A DNA stretch of 64,000 bases from an uncultured cyanobacterium (GTDB taxonomy: Bacteria > Cyanobacteriota > Cyanobacteriia > CAKZMO01), in contig CAVRCJ010000010.1 of assembly GCA_963719515.1 (NCBI GenBank), positions 832,001-896,000 on the forward strand, given 5' to 3'. Below, piece after piece: positions 10,096 through 18,700 of this stretch. Each line of letters opens with the position of its first letter. Position 1 is the first letter of the stretch. The notes under the pieces were generated by a model, which was given only the letters and a program-made list of their open reading frames with translations, had not been told where the DNA came from and ran no database searches. A program made the translations under genes and the position numbers.

Positions 10096-11779
10096 CGCCA
10101 CTGTAGAGGTACGTCCCGCTAGCCCGCCGCTTCAGCCTGAGCCGGGTGCGCCAGACAACTGGCGACGGTTCTTTACCTTTAGCACCGACCACAAAGTCAT
10201 CGGCATCCAGTACATCGTCACGGCCTTTGCCTTCTTTTTGTTTGGCGGCCTGCTGGCAATGGTGATGCGCGGTGAGCTAATTACCCCTGAGTCAGATTTA
10301 GTCGATCGCACGGTCTACAACGGGCTATTCACCATGCACGGCACCATCATGCTGTTCATGTGGACCTTCCCCATGCTCAACGGCCTGGCCAACTACCTGG
10401 TGCCGCTGATGATTGGGGCGCGGGACATGGCCTTCCCGAAGCTAAATGCGATCGCCTTTTGGATGGTGCCCGTGTTTGGAGTCATCCTCACCGCCAGCTT
10501 CTTCATCCCTGGCGGCCCGTCGCAGTCGGGCTGGTGGGCCTATCCGCCGGTGAGCCTGCAAAACCCCACCGGCAACCTGATCAATGGTCAGGCGCTGTGG
10601 CTGGTGGCGGTGGCGCTCTCGGGCATTTCCTCAATTCTGGGGGCCGTCAACATCGTCACCACGATATTTAGAATGCGGGCCCCCGGCATGGGCTGGTTCA
10701 GGATGCCCGCCTTCTGCTGGACGGTGCTCTCAGCCCAGATGATTCAGCTCATTGGGCTACCCGCGCTCACCGCCGGGGCCGTTATGCTGCTGCTGGACCT
10801 CACCGTGGGCACCGCCTTCTTCGACCCCACCCGCGGCGGCGACCCCGTCCTGTACCAGCACTTCTTCTGGTTTTACTCCCACCCGGCGGTGTATGTAATC
10901 ATTCTGCCGATCTTTGGGGTATTTTCAGAGGTGTTTCCGGTCTACGCCCGCAAGCCGCTGTTTGGCTACAGAGTCGTCGCTATCTCTTCACTGCTGATCA
11001 CGGTGCTTAGCGGCGTGGTCTGGGTTCACCACATGTATGCTAGCGGCACGCCGAGCTGGATGCGGATGCTGTTCATGCTCACCACCATGGCCATCTCCAT
11101 CCCCACGGGCATCAAGGTGTTTGCCTGGGTGGCCACGGTGTGGGGCGGCAAGCTGCGCCTGACTACGGCCATGCTGTTCGCCCTAGGCGGGCTGTTTATG
11201 TTCCTGTTTTCAGGCATCACCGGCATCATGCTGGCCGCAGTCCCCTTCGACATCCACGTCAACAATACCTACTTTGTAGTGGGCCACTTCCACTACGTCA
11301 TCAACGGAGCGGTGGTGATGGGCTTTTACGCCGCCATCTACCACTGGTTCCCCAAAATGACGGGGCGGATGTATTACGAAGGCTTGGGTAAGCTGCACTT
11401 TATTCTCACCTTTGTGGGGGCTAATCTAATCTTTTTGCCCATGCACCCCCTAGGTCTGCTGGGTATGCCGCGCCGGGTCGCATCCTACGACCCAGAGTTT
11501 GCCTTCTGGAACGTGCTGGCCAGCCTGGGCGGATTTTTGCTGGGGGTTTCCACCCTGCCCTTTATCTTAAATATGCTCAGCTCTTGGACCCAGGGCAAGG
11601 AAGCGGGCGACAACCCCTGGCGGGCCATCGGGCTGGAGTGGCTGGTGTCCTCTCCGCCCCCCCACGAGAACTTTGAAGAGCTTCCCGTGGTAGTGTCGCC
11701 GCCCTACGGCTACGGCAGTGATGAACCGCTGGTGTCCAACAATCCCGCTGGTAATCCTGTAGAGGAGGCGATCGCATGA
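10088..11779 (+). CDS. ctaD: Heme-copper oxidase subunit I
   Basis: STDHKVIGIQY, TMHGTIM, WFYSHPAVY, VWVHHM and VGHFHYV. Confidence 0.95.
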   Translation: MSNATVEVRPASPPLQPEPGAPDNWRRFFTFSTDHKVIGIQYIVTAFAFFLFGGLLAMVMRGELITPESDLVDRTVYNGLFTMHGTIMLFMWTFPMLNGLANYLVPLMIGARDMAFPKLNAIAFWMVPVFGVILTASFFIPGGPSQSGWWAYPPVSLQNPTGNLINGQALWLVAVALSGISSILGAVNIVTTIFRMRAPGMGWFRMPAFCWTVLSAQMIQLIGLPALTAGAVMLLLDLTVGTAFFDPTRGGDPVLYQHFFWFYSHPAVYVIILPIFGVFSEVFPVYARKPLFGYRVVAISSLLITVLSGVVWVHHMYASGTPSWMRMLFMLTTMAISIPTGIKVFAWVATVWGGKLRLTTAMLFALGGLFMFLFSGITGIMLAAVPFDIHVNNTYFVVGHFHYVINGAVVMGFYAAIYHWFPKMTGRMYYEGLGKLHFILTFVGANLIFLPMHPLGLLGMPRRVASYDPEFAFWNVLASLGGFLLGVSTLPFILNMLSSWTQGKEAGDNPWRAIGLEWLVSSPPPHENFEELPVVVSPPYGYGSDEPLVSNNPAGNPVEEAIA

Positions 11780-12387
11780 GCAGCATTAACCTCGATACTG
11801 TCGATCCGGCGCTAGAGAGTCAGGCCTCTCATCACGCCGCCCACGAAGAAGACCACCGCATGTTTGGCTTTGTGGTCTTCCTGCTCTCGGAGAGCGTGAT
11901 TTTCTTCAGCTTTTTTGTGGGCTACATCGTTTTCAAGACCGGCACCGCCAACTGGCTGCCCGCTGGGTTTGAGGGGCTGGAGGTCCGGGAGCCTTTAATC
12001 AACACGATTGTCCTGGTGTCCAGCAGCTTCGTCATCTATTTCGCCGAGCGCTTCTTACGCCGCAACAATCTCTGGGGCTTTCGCGTCTTCTGGCTTTTGA
12101 CCATGGCCATGGGCAGCTTTTTCCTGTACGGCCAGGCGGTAGAGTGGATGGGTCTGCCCTTTGGGTTTACCTCCGGGGTATTTGGCGGCGTTTTCTACCT
12201 GCTGACGGGCTTTCACGGCCTGCACGTGCTCACCGGGGTCCTGATGCAGGGCGTGATGCTGGGGCGCTCCTTCATCCCCAACAACTACGCGGACGGCGAG
12301 TACGGGGTCGAGGCGACATCGCTGTTTTGGCACTTTGTCGACGTCATCTGGATTCTGCTTTTCATTCTGATCTATCTGTGGCAGTAG
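11776..12387 (+). CDS. ctaE: Heme-copper oxidase subunit III
   Basis: FLLSESVIF, LTGFHGLHV and FWHFVDVIW. Confidence 0.93.
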   Translation: MSSINLDTVDPALESQASHHAAHEEDHRMFGFVVFLLSESVIFFSFFVGYIVFKTGTANWLPAGFEGLEVREPLINTIVLVSSSFVIYFAERFLRRNNLWGFRVFWLLTMAMGSFFLYGQAVEWMGLPFGFTSGVFGGVFYLLTGFHGLHVLTGVLMQGVMLGRSFIPNNYADGEYGVEATSLFWHFVDVIWILLFILIYLWQ

Positions 12388-12390
12388 CTC

Positions 12391-13917
12391 ATGATTATTG
12401 ATGACCAACATTACGATGTCATCATCGTCGGCTCGGGGGCCGGAGGCGGGACGCTGGCGCAAAAGCTGGCCCCTTCAGGGAAAAAGATCTTGGTCTTGGA
12501 GCGCGGGTCGCAGATGGCCCTAGAAGAGCAAAACCGGGCCGACGTGGATGTGTTTAAAAAAGAGCGCTACCACGCGCCGGAGCAGTGGTACGACGAAGCG
12601 GGAGAGCCCTTTTCGCCGCAAACCAACTACGCCGTAGGGGGAAACACAAAAATCTACAACGCGTCGCTGATGCGGATGCGGGAGCGCGACTTTGAAGCGG
12701 TGACCTATCAAGACGGCGTCACCCCCGAGTGGCCGCTGAAATACGCCGACTGGGAGCCCTACTACACCGCCGCCGAGCAGCTCTATCAGGTGCACGGCGA
12801 CGCTAAGGCTGACCCCACCGAGCCGGCCCACAGCAGCAGCTACCCTCACCACGCCGTAAGTCATCCGCCTATCATGCAGCCGGTTGTCACGGCCATCAAA
12901 GAGGAGGGACTGCACCCCGCCCCGCTGCCCACGAGCTTGACCCAGCAGGCAGACGACCCCACCGGGGACGCAGAGGTTTTTGGGATCAATTTAGCGATCG
13001 CCCATAATAACGTGACCCTTAAAACCAACGCCAAGGTGGTTGAGCTCCACACCAACCCGGCGGGCACAGCGATTAAGGGCGTTCAGGCGGAGGTTAACGC
13101 GCAGCCCATGCTGTTTACCGGCGACATTGTGGTGCTGGCCTGCGGGGCAGTGAATTCAGCCGCGCTGATGCTCGCCTCTGCCAACGACCAGCATTCCGAG
13201 GGCTTAGCCAACCGCTCAGGGCAGCTGGGCCGCAACCTGATGAAGCACCTGATGACGGTGATTGTGGAGCGCGGGGCGGCGGAGAACGACGGGACGTTTG
13301 CCCCCAGCATCGCCATCAACGACTTTTATTGGGGCGACCCAGACTATCACTATCCCATGGGCCATATTGAAAACAGCGGCGGCTTGCTGCAGGACATCGT
13401 CTTTGCAGAGTCGCCGCCCCTGCTCTCCGTTCTGGCCCGGCTGGCCCCTGGCGCAGGGCTAAAGCGGCTGGCGACGCGCTCCATCGGCTGGTGGGCTCAG
13501 ACAGGGGTCTTGCCGAACCCCGACAACCGCGTTTACCTGCAGGAAAGCCGAAAGAGAATTAAGCTGCGCTACGAATTCACCCCCAATAACCTCGAGGCCC
13601 ACGATCGCCTCGTGTACCGCTGGATGGGGGTGCTCAAAGAGCTAGAAAAGCCGGGGGTTGGGCTGCGGCAGGGCAGCGTCTACCCCAGAGGAGAATCGCC
13701 CATTCAGGTGGTGGGCTACCAGTGCGGCACCTGCCGCATGGGCAGCGACCCAGCGACCGCTGTTTTAGACCTCAACTGCCGCACCCATGAGATTGACAAC
13801 CTTTACGTCGTAGACAGCAGCTTCTTCCCGTCCTGCGCCAGCGTCAGTCCGGCATTGACGGTGATGGCCAATGCCCTACGCGTCGGAGAGCACTTGGTAG
13901 AGCGGCTGACGGCGTAA
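12391..13917 (+). CDS. GMC-family FAD oxidoreductase
   Basis: IVGSGAGGG FAD motif, GTCRMG and NLYVVDSSFFPS. Confidence 0.9.
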   Translation: MIIDDQHYDVIIVGSGAGGGTLAQKLAPSGKKILVLERGSQMALEEQNRADVDVFKKERYHAPEQWYDEAGEPFSPQTNYAVGGNTKIYNASLMRMRERDFEAVTYQDGVTPEWPLKYADWEPYYTAAEQLYQVHGDAKADPTEPAHSSSYPHHAVSHPPIMQPVVTAIKEEGLHPAPLPTSLTQQADDPTGDAEVFGINLAIAHNNVTLKTNAKVVELHTNPAGTAIKGVQAEVNAQPMLFTGDIVVLACGAVNSAALMLASANDQHSEGLANRSGQLGRNLMKHLMTVIVERGAAENDGTFAPSIAINDFYWGDPDYHYPMGHIENSGGLLQDIVFAESPPLLSVLARLAPGAGLKRLATRSIGWWAQTGVLPNPDNRVYLQESRKRIKLRYEFTPNNLEAHDRLVYRWMGVLKELEKPGVGLRQGSVYPRGESPIQVVGYQCGTCRMGSDPATAVLDLNCRTHEIDNLYVVDSSFFPSCASVSPALTVMANALRVGEHLVERLTA

Positions 13918-13925
13918 TGTCCGGT

Positions 13926-13981
13926 AGCGCTCTAGGCCTGACAGCGCTCTAGGCCCGGCAGCGCCTAGGCCCGGCAGCGCT
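13926..13981. repeat. About 17-bp tandem repeat (CAGCGCTCTAGGCCCGG), 3 copies, between convergent genes
   Basis: Three imperfect copies visible. Confidence 0.7.
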
Positions 13982-14872
13982 TTAATTGGAGAGCTGCCCT
14001 CCGGTAACGTCGACCAGCGCCCCCGTTATAAAGCTGCTGTCCTCAGCGGCAAGAAAAACGTAGGTCGGAGCAAGCTCTTCGGGCTGAGCCGCACGCTTTA
14101 GGGCGTTGGCGTCGTCAAACCCATCCACCTGGTCGGGGGTCATGGTTGCCGGAATGTTGGGGGTCCATACGGCTCCTGGAACGACGGCGTTGACGCGAAT
14201 TTTCTTCTCGGCCAGGTTGAGCGCTAGGGATTTGGTAAAGGTGTGCACCGCCCCTTTGCTGGAGGCATAGTCCACCAAAAACTTCTTGCCAATCTTGCCG
14301 ACAATAGAGCCGGTGTTAATGATGACGTCGCCTTCCTGTAGGTGGGGCTGGACGGCTTTGAACATGTGAAAGTAGCCGAAGATATTGGTTTCAAACGTCT
14401 CGTGAAACTGCTTGATCGTCAGCTCGGCCAAGTCTTTTCTCACCATCTGAAAGGCAGCGTTGTTGACCAGAATGTCAACATGGCCAAACTTTTTCATGGT
14501 CTGAGCTACTGCGTCTTCGCAGGCTTCCGGCTTGCGGACGTCCATCTTGATGGGCAAGCACTGGCCCCCCCGCTCTTCCACCAGGCTTTTGGTCTTGTTG
14601 GCGTCTTCGTCGTTGACGTTGTATAAAATGGCGACGTTAGCCCCTTCCATGGCGTAGGCGATCGCCACCGCGCGGCCAATGCCCGAATCGCCCCCGGTAA
14701 TAATTGCCACTTTCCCCGTGAGCTTACCCGCCGCTTTGTAGTTGGACAGGTCGCTATCTGGCGTCAGCTCCATATCCTCTTGGCTGGCCGGATAGGGGAG
14801 CTGCTGCGCGTCGATGTCTTCGGGTTTGGGGCGCGGTTCGGATCCCGTATTGCCTATGCTTTTGCTCGCCAT
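13982..14872 (-). CDS. SDR oxidoreductase (general stress protein YhdF/YghA-like)
   Basis: YKAAGKLTGKVAIITGGDSGIGRA, NNAA and YxxxK (YASSK). Confidence 0.88.
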   Translation of the reverse strand: MASKSIGNTGSEPRPKPEDIDAQQLPYPASQEDMELTPDSDLSNYKAAGKLTGKVAIITGGDSGIGRAVAIAYAMEGANVAILYNVNDEDANKTKSLVEERGGQCLPIKMDVRKPEACEDAVAQTMKKFGHVDILVNNAAFQMVRKDLAELTIKQFHETFETNIFGYFHMFKAVQPHLQEGDVIINTGSIVGKIGKKFLVDYASSKGAVHTFTKSLALNLAEKKIRVNAVVPGAVWTPNIPATMTPDQVDGFDDANALKRAAQPEELAPTYVFLAAEDSSFITGALVDVTGGQLSN

Positions 14873-15046
14873 AAAAGTTCTTCCATCTTGTAAGGAATTA
14901 GATCGTACGTGAGTTCTCTTTCGGTGAGTCTCTATCTAAGGGAGAGAAGATTTGACCCGTTTGAAGGGAAGAGCGATTGCCTAAGTTTCTCTTTTCCTGA
15001 GCCATAATTGAAGCGTTGCCGAACCGCTTTCCGAATCGCACTGCCC

Positions 15047-16126
15047 ATGAGCGCCTCTCTGCAAACCATCCTCTTCCTCGCCGCTAACCCCAAAGACACC
15101 GCCCGCCGCCGTCTGGACCAAGAGCTTCGCGACATCGACGAGGGCCTACAGCGCTCCAGGAACCGCGACCAGTTCACCCTAGAGAAAAAGCTGGCGGTGC
15201 GCCCTCGTGATATTCAGCGGGCCATGCTGGATGTGGGGCCGCAGATTGTTCACTTCTCGGGCCACAGCGACGGGGAAATGGGGCTGCAGTTTGAAGACGA
15301 GGTGGGCAACGCCAAGCTGGTGGACGGGGCGGCGCTGGCGAGGCTGTTTGCGCTGTTTGCCGATCAGGTGAGCTGCGTGGTGCTCAACGGCTGCTATTCC
15401 CAGGCGCAGGCCGAGGCGATCGCCCAGCATGTGCCCTACGTCATCGGTATGAGTAAGGACATCGACGAGGATGCGGCGATCGCCTTTGCGGTGGGCTTTT
15501 ATGACGCGTTGGGGGCGGGGCGGGATGTGGAGTTTGCCTATAAGCTGGGCTGCACCGCCATCAGTTTGGAGGGGGTGGAGGGATATCTGACGCCTATCCT
15601 GCTAAAGCACGCTCAGGAGGAAGTGACCGCTACGCCTATCCCCGCCGCTTCTAGTCCTGTGAACCATGAGGCGGACGGCTCCATTGAGGTTTTCATTTCC
15701 TATTCCCACAAAGATGATGCCTTACAAGAGGAGCTGATCGCCCATTTGTCTAGCCTGCGGCGGCGCGGAAATATCACCGCCTGGTATGACCGTGCTGTGG
15801 AGGCAGGAGCGGAGTGGGAAGCGCAGATTAAAGACAAGCTGGAAACGGCTCAGGTTATTCTGATGCTCATCAGTCCGGCTTTCATGGCGTCTGATTACTG
15901 CTACGACATCGAGATGCAGCGAGCGCTGGAACGCCACGAGGAGGGTACGGCGCGCGTAATTCCGGTTATTCTACGCCCCTGTGACTGGAGAGAGGCCCCG
16001 TTTAGCAAGCTAAAGGCGATGCCAGAAGACGGTAAACCCGTGACGCAGTGGGGCGATCGCGATACGGCGTTTTTGAATGTGGTGCAGGGCATTAAACGGG
16101 CACTGGAGTCGCTGACAAAAAAGTAG
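15047..16126 (+). CDS. CHAT (caspase-like) plus TIR domain protein
   Basis: CHAT part: ILFLAANP, IVHFSGH (His) and VVLNGC (Cys). TIR part: VFISYSHKD...SDYCYDIEM with the Glu retained. Ends LTKK*. Confidence 0.88.
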   Translation: MSASLQTILFLAANPKDTARRRLDQELRDIDEGLQRSRNRDQFTLEKKLAVRPRDIQRAMLDVGPQIVHFSGHSDGEMGLQFEDEVGNAKLVDGAALARLFALFADQVSCVVLNGCYSQAQAEAIAQHVPYVIGMSKDIDEDAAIAFAVGFYDALGAGRDVEFAYKLGCTAISLEGVEGYLTPILLKHAQEEVTATPIPAASSPVNHEADGSIEVFISYSHKDDALQEELIAHLSSLRRRGNITAWYDRAVEAGAEWEAQIKDKLETAQVILMLISPAFMASDYCYDIEMQRALERHEEGTARVIPVILRPCDWREAPFSKLKAMPEDGKPVTQWGDRDTAFLNVVQGIKRALESLTKK

Positions 16127-16162
16127 ACCGTTCTTTGCGTGCTGGTGCGGGAGCAAAGGACG
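16105..16162 (+). promoter_or_regulatory. Putative programmed -1 ribosomal frameshift signal
   Basis: GGAG (16105-16108), in-phase A_AAA_AAG (16117-16123), 5-nt spacer, then a 10-bp stem CGTTCTTTGC (16129-16138) / GCAAAGGACG (16153-16162). Confidence 0.75.
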
Positions 16163-17019
16163 ACGGGCTAACGTACCGGGGGGATGATTCGCCTTTTATT
16201 ACGGGGACGCCGATTTCTCATCCGCGCTATTTCTTTGGCCGACGCCGGGTCGTGAAACGGCTGTTTAACTTGCTGAAGACCCATCCGCTGCAGAATGCGG
16301 CCATTATTGGCCAGCGGCGCTCGGGAAAGACGTCGCTGCTGAACTATTTGCGCACCGTTACCACGACGCCTGCCGCAGCGCTGCGACCGGGGCAAAAGGC
16401 GGACTGGCTACCGCAGCCGGAGGCCTACCGCTGGATCTTCGTAGATTTCCAGGATGCGCGGCTGGCGCGGCGGGAGGGGCTGCTGCGGCATTTGCTAGAG
16501 GCGATGGAGTTAGCGGTGCCGGAGCCTTGTGACCTGGAGCGGTTTATGGAGCAGGTGAGCGGCTGCGTGACGCGGCCTACGGTGGTGTTGATGGATGAGA
16601 TTGGGGAGGCGCTGGGCACCTACTCGGAGCTGGATGATGAGTTTTGGAATAGCCTGCGATCGCTGGCGACAACGCAGACGGACGGAAATTTGGCCTTTGT
16701 GCTGGCGACGCCGGAGAGCCCGGTTGGCCTAGCGCGGCAGACGGGGCACAGCTCGCCGTTTTTCAATATCTTTGGCTACACGGCGACGCTGGGGCCGTTG
16801 AAAGAAGAGGAGGCGCGGGCGCTGATGGGGCGATCGCCCATTCCTTTTATGGAGGCGGATACGGTCTGGATGCTGGAGCAGAGCGGGGGCTGGCCGATTT
16901 TGCTGCAGATTTTGTGCCGGGAGCGGCTGTTTGCCCTGGAGGAGGGGGACGATAGCGAGGACTGGCGGCAGGAGGGGCTGGCGCAGATGCAGCCGTTTAC
17001 GCATTTGCTAAATGGCTAG
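16123..17019 (+). CDS. STAND-like AAA+ ATPase domain, probably made as a -1 frameshift fusion with CHAT-TIR
   Basis: SPFITGTP...FFGR, Walker A GQRRSGKT, Walker B VVLMDE and SGGWPILLQ. There is no ATG before Walker A; the TTG at 16135 has no RBS and lies inside the stem. Confidence 0.82.
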   Translation, partial: VDRSLRAGAGAKDDGLTYRGDDSPFITGTPISHPRYFFGRRRVVKRLFNLLKTHPLQNAAIIGQRRSGKTSLLNYLRTVTTTPAAALRPGQKADWLPQPEAYRWIFVDFQDARLARREGLLRHLLEAMELAVPEPCDLERFMEQVSGCVTRPTVVLMDEIGEALGTYSELDDEFWNSLRSLATTQTDGNLAFVLATPESPVGLARQTGHSSPFFNIFGYTATLGPLKEEEARALMGRSPIPFMEADTVWMLEQSGGWPILLQILCRERLFALEEGDDSEDWRQEGLAQMQPFTHLLNG

Positions 17020-17120
17020 AGTTTTCTATACGGTTGCGCGGGCACGCATATTCCGCTAAAGTGCCTAGCCATGGACGTTTTTTCGTCCGATTGCACAAAC
17101 CTGACACCCAAATGTTTAGC

Positions 17121-17277
17121 GCCCCCTGGAAGTGACGCAACACAACCAGGAGGCTGACCTCCCGCTGACATACCCAGCGAGCGGCTACAGGGATTGTATC
17201 CCGTAGCCACCCTCGCCTTGTGCCGCGTGGAGTGGCTAGATGCTTGGGTTGTCTTTCCTCTCAAAGGAGACAACCCC
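17121..17277 (+). promoter_or_regulatory. Candidate structured cis-regulatory leader RNA
   Basis: Series of hairpins; the last one (GGGTTGTCT 17246-17254 / AGACAACCC 17268-17276) overlaps the AAAGGAGA RBS. Confidence 0.5.
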
Positions 17278-17544
17278 ATGACCTATGATTCTTTTAATCC
17301 TCGCGATCGCGAGGGCGGTTCGTCCTGCCCGATTATTCTGCCGGGCGACGGCGACGATGTGCTGCGGCTCATCGCCATTGGCCCGCCCTATGCGGTAGAG
17401 AACTGCCGACTGGCACTGCATCGCTACGGGTTTGCGGAGGCGAATGATTGGTCGCAGCCGCTGCCGGGGGCGAGCCCGGAGACGATTCGGGTGGTGGACC
17501 CGCGCCACGTGATGCGGATTTTGACGAAGCGGGTGCGGCGATAA
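17278..17544 (+). CDS. Small hypothetical protein (88 aa)
   Basis: ATG preceded by AAAGGAGA; LHRYGFAEANDWSQPLP resembles a recurrent cyanobacterial small-protein family. Confidence 0.7.
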   Translation: MTYDSFNPRDREGGSSCPIILPGDGDDVLRLIAIGPPYAVENCRLALHRYGFAEANDWSQPLPGASPETIRVVDPRHVMRILTKRVRR

Positions 17545-17751
17545 AATGGAGCTTCGCAAGCGAACGTAGATAGGACTGGCTCGCGGGATTTTTGAAAATC
17601 CCACGAGTCGATCAAGGTATATTTGGTATTGTGGAGTCTCCAGATTATTTTGTGAGGTCCAAAAAATCGTGATGTCGGCCTACAATGATCTTGTGAGGTC
17701 TACGAATTACATAGGCTGACACAACCATTGGTATCTCTGAGGAATAGCGTC

Positions 17752-18126
17752 ATGACAGCTCACCTGTTGCCGAAACTTGATGCGTTGCCAAATAGCTTGC
17801 CCTTAGAAGGAGCAGTTCGAATTGAATTGGTGGAGGGCGTTCCAGTTTTTCGGGCATCTAGCCAAGTTCAGATTCGTATTGAAGCGCTCTTAGATAAGCA
17901 AAAGATTACGACTTTAGATTCAAATGAAGAGCAGGAATTAAGTTCTTACGAAGAGCTTGATGACTATTTGAGCCTAGTCAATCGGATCATCCGACAAGAA
18001 TTGCAATTAAAGCCATCAGTAACGGCTGCAGTTTCGCAAGATTTTCCATTGGCGGGCAGTATTTTATACTACGATGATCCATTCGGTCCTGCAGTTGACC
18101 CCGACGATTGGGGCGCTTTGCAATGA
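17752..18126 (+). CDS. Putative antitoxin
   Basis: Overlaps the downstream PIN toxin (ATGA); acidic tail YDDPFGPAVDPDDW. Confidence 0.65.
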   Translation: MTAHLLPKLDALPNSLPLEGAVRIELVEGVPVFRASSQVQIRIEALLDKQKITTLDSNEEQELSSYEELDDYLSLVNRIIRQELQLKPSVTAAVSQDFPLAGSILYYDDPFGPAVDPDDWGALQ

Positions 18127-18515
18127 TTGTTATCGATACCCACATTTGGCTTTGGTGGGTAGACAATAGTCCGAGATTGACTCAGCACCAGCGAAAATTG
18201 CTAGAAGACCACAGGGATCAGGGCTTGGGTGTAAGTATAATCTCATGCTGGGAAGTTGCAAAGTTAGTTGAGAAGCAGAAGATTGGCTTGGGGCGATCGC
18301 TAGAGGAGTGGATGGAGGTGGCATTGAGCTATCCCGGCATTCAGCTATTAGAGCTTACGATCCCCATTGCAGTTGAATCGACGAGACTCGTGGGATTTCA
18401 CCGCGACCCGGCAGACCAATTAATTGTAGCGACGGCTAAGGTTCATGATGTTCCGCTACTAACGGCTGATGCAAAGATTTTAAGCTACGAAGGTATCAAG
18501 CTTCTGGGAGTATAA
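18123..18515 (+). CDS. vapC: PIN-domain (VapC-like) toxin
   Basis: MIVIDTHIWLWW, SCWEVAKL, HRDPADQLIVATA and LLTAD. Confidence 0.9.
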   Translation: MIVIDTHIWLWWVDNSPRLTQHQRKLLEDHRDQGLGVSIISCWEVAKLVEKQKIGLGRSLEEWMEVALSYPGIQLLELTIPIAVESTRLVGFHRDPADQLIVATAKVHDVPLLTADAKILSYEGIKLLGV

Positions 18516-18640
18516 ATCTTTGATGTCTAATATTTTGAGTAGTGTAATTGTAGGTAGCGACAGCGTAACTCAACAAAAGCGATCGCCTTCAAATTCGCTT
18601 CAGATTTAGAGAAGCGATCGCTCTTCAAAGGACCGACCGC

Positions 18641-18669
18641 GTTGGGTTCCTACGCTCAACTCAACCTAC
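18641..18669. repeat. REP-like element (GTAGGTTG... on the minus strand); related copy at 37390-37422
   Basis: GTTGGGTT...CAACCTAC shared between the two sites. Confidence 0.6.
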
Positions 18670-18700
18670 GTTTGGCGCTAAGGAAAAGGTGTCAGGCTTC

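Noticed and set aside
16135..16137. TTG as an independent start for the first ATPase
   Set aside because: No RBS and buried in the hairpin; frameshift fusion explains the layout better, though translational coupling cannot be fully excluded.
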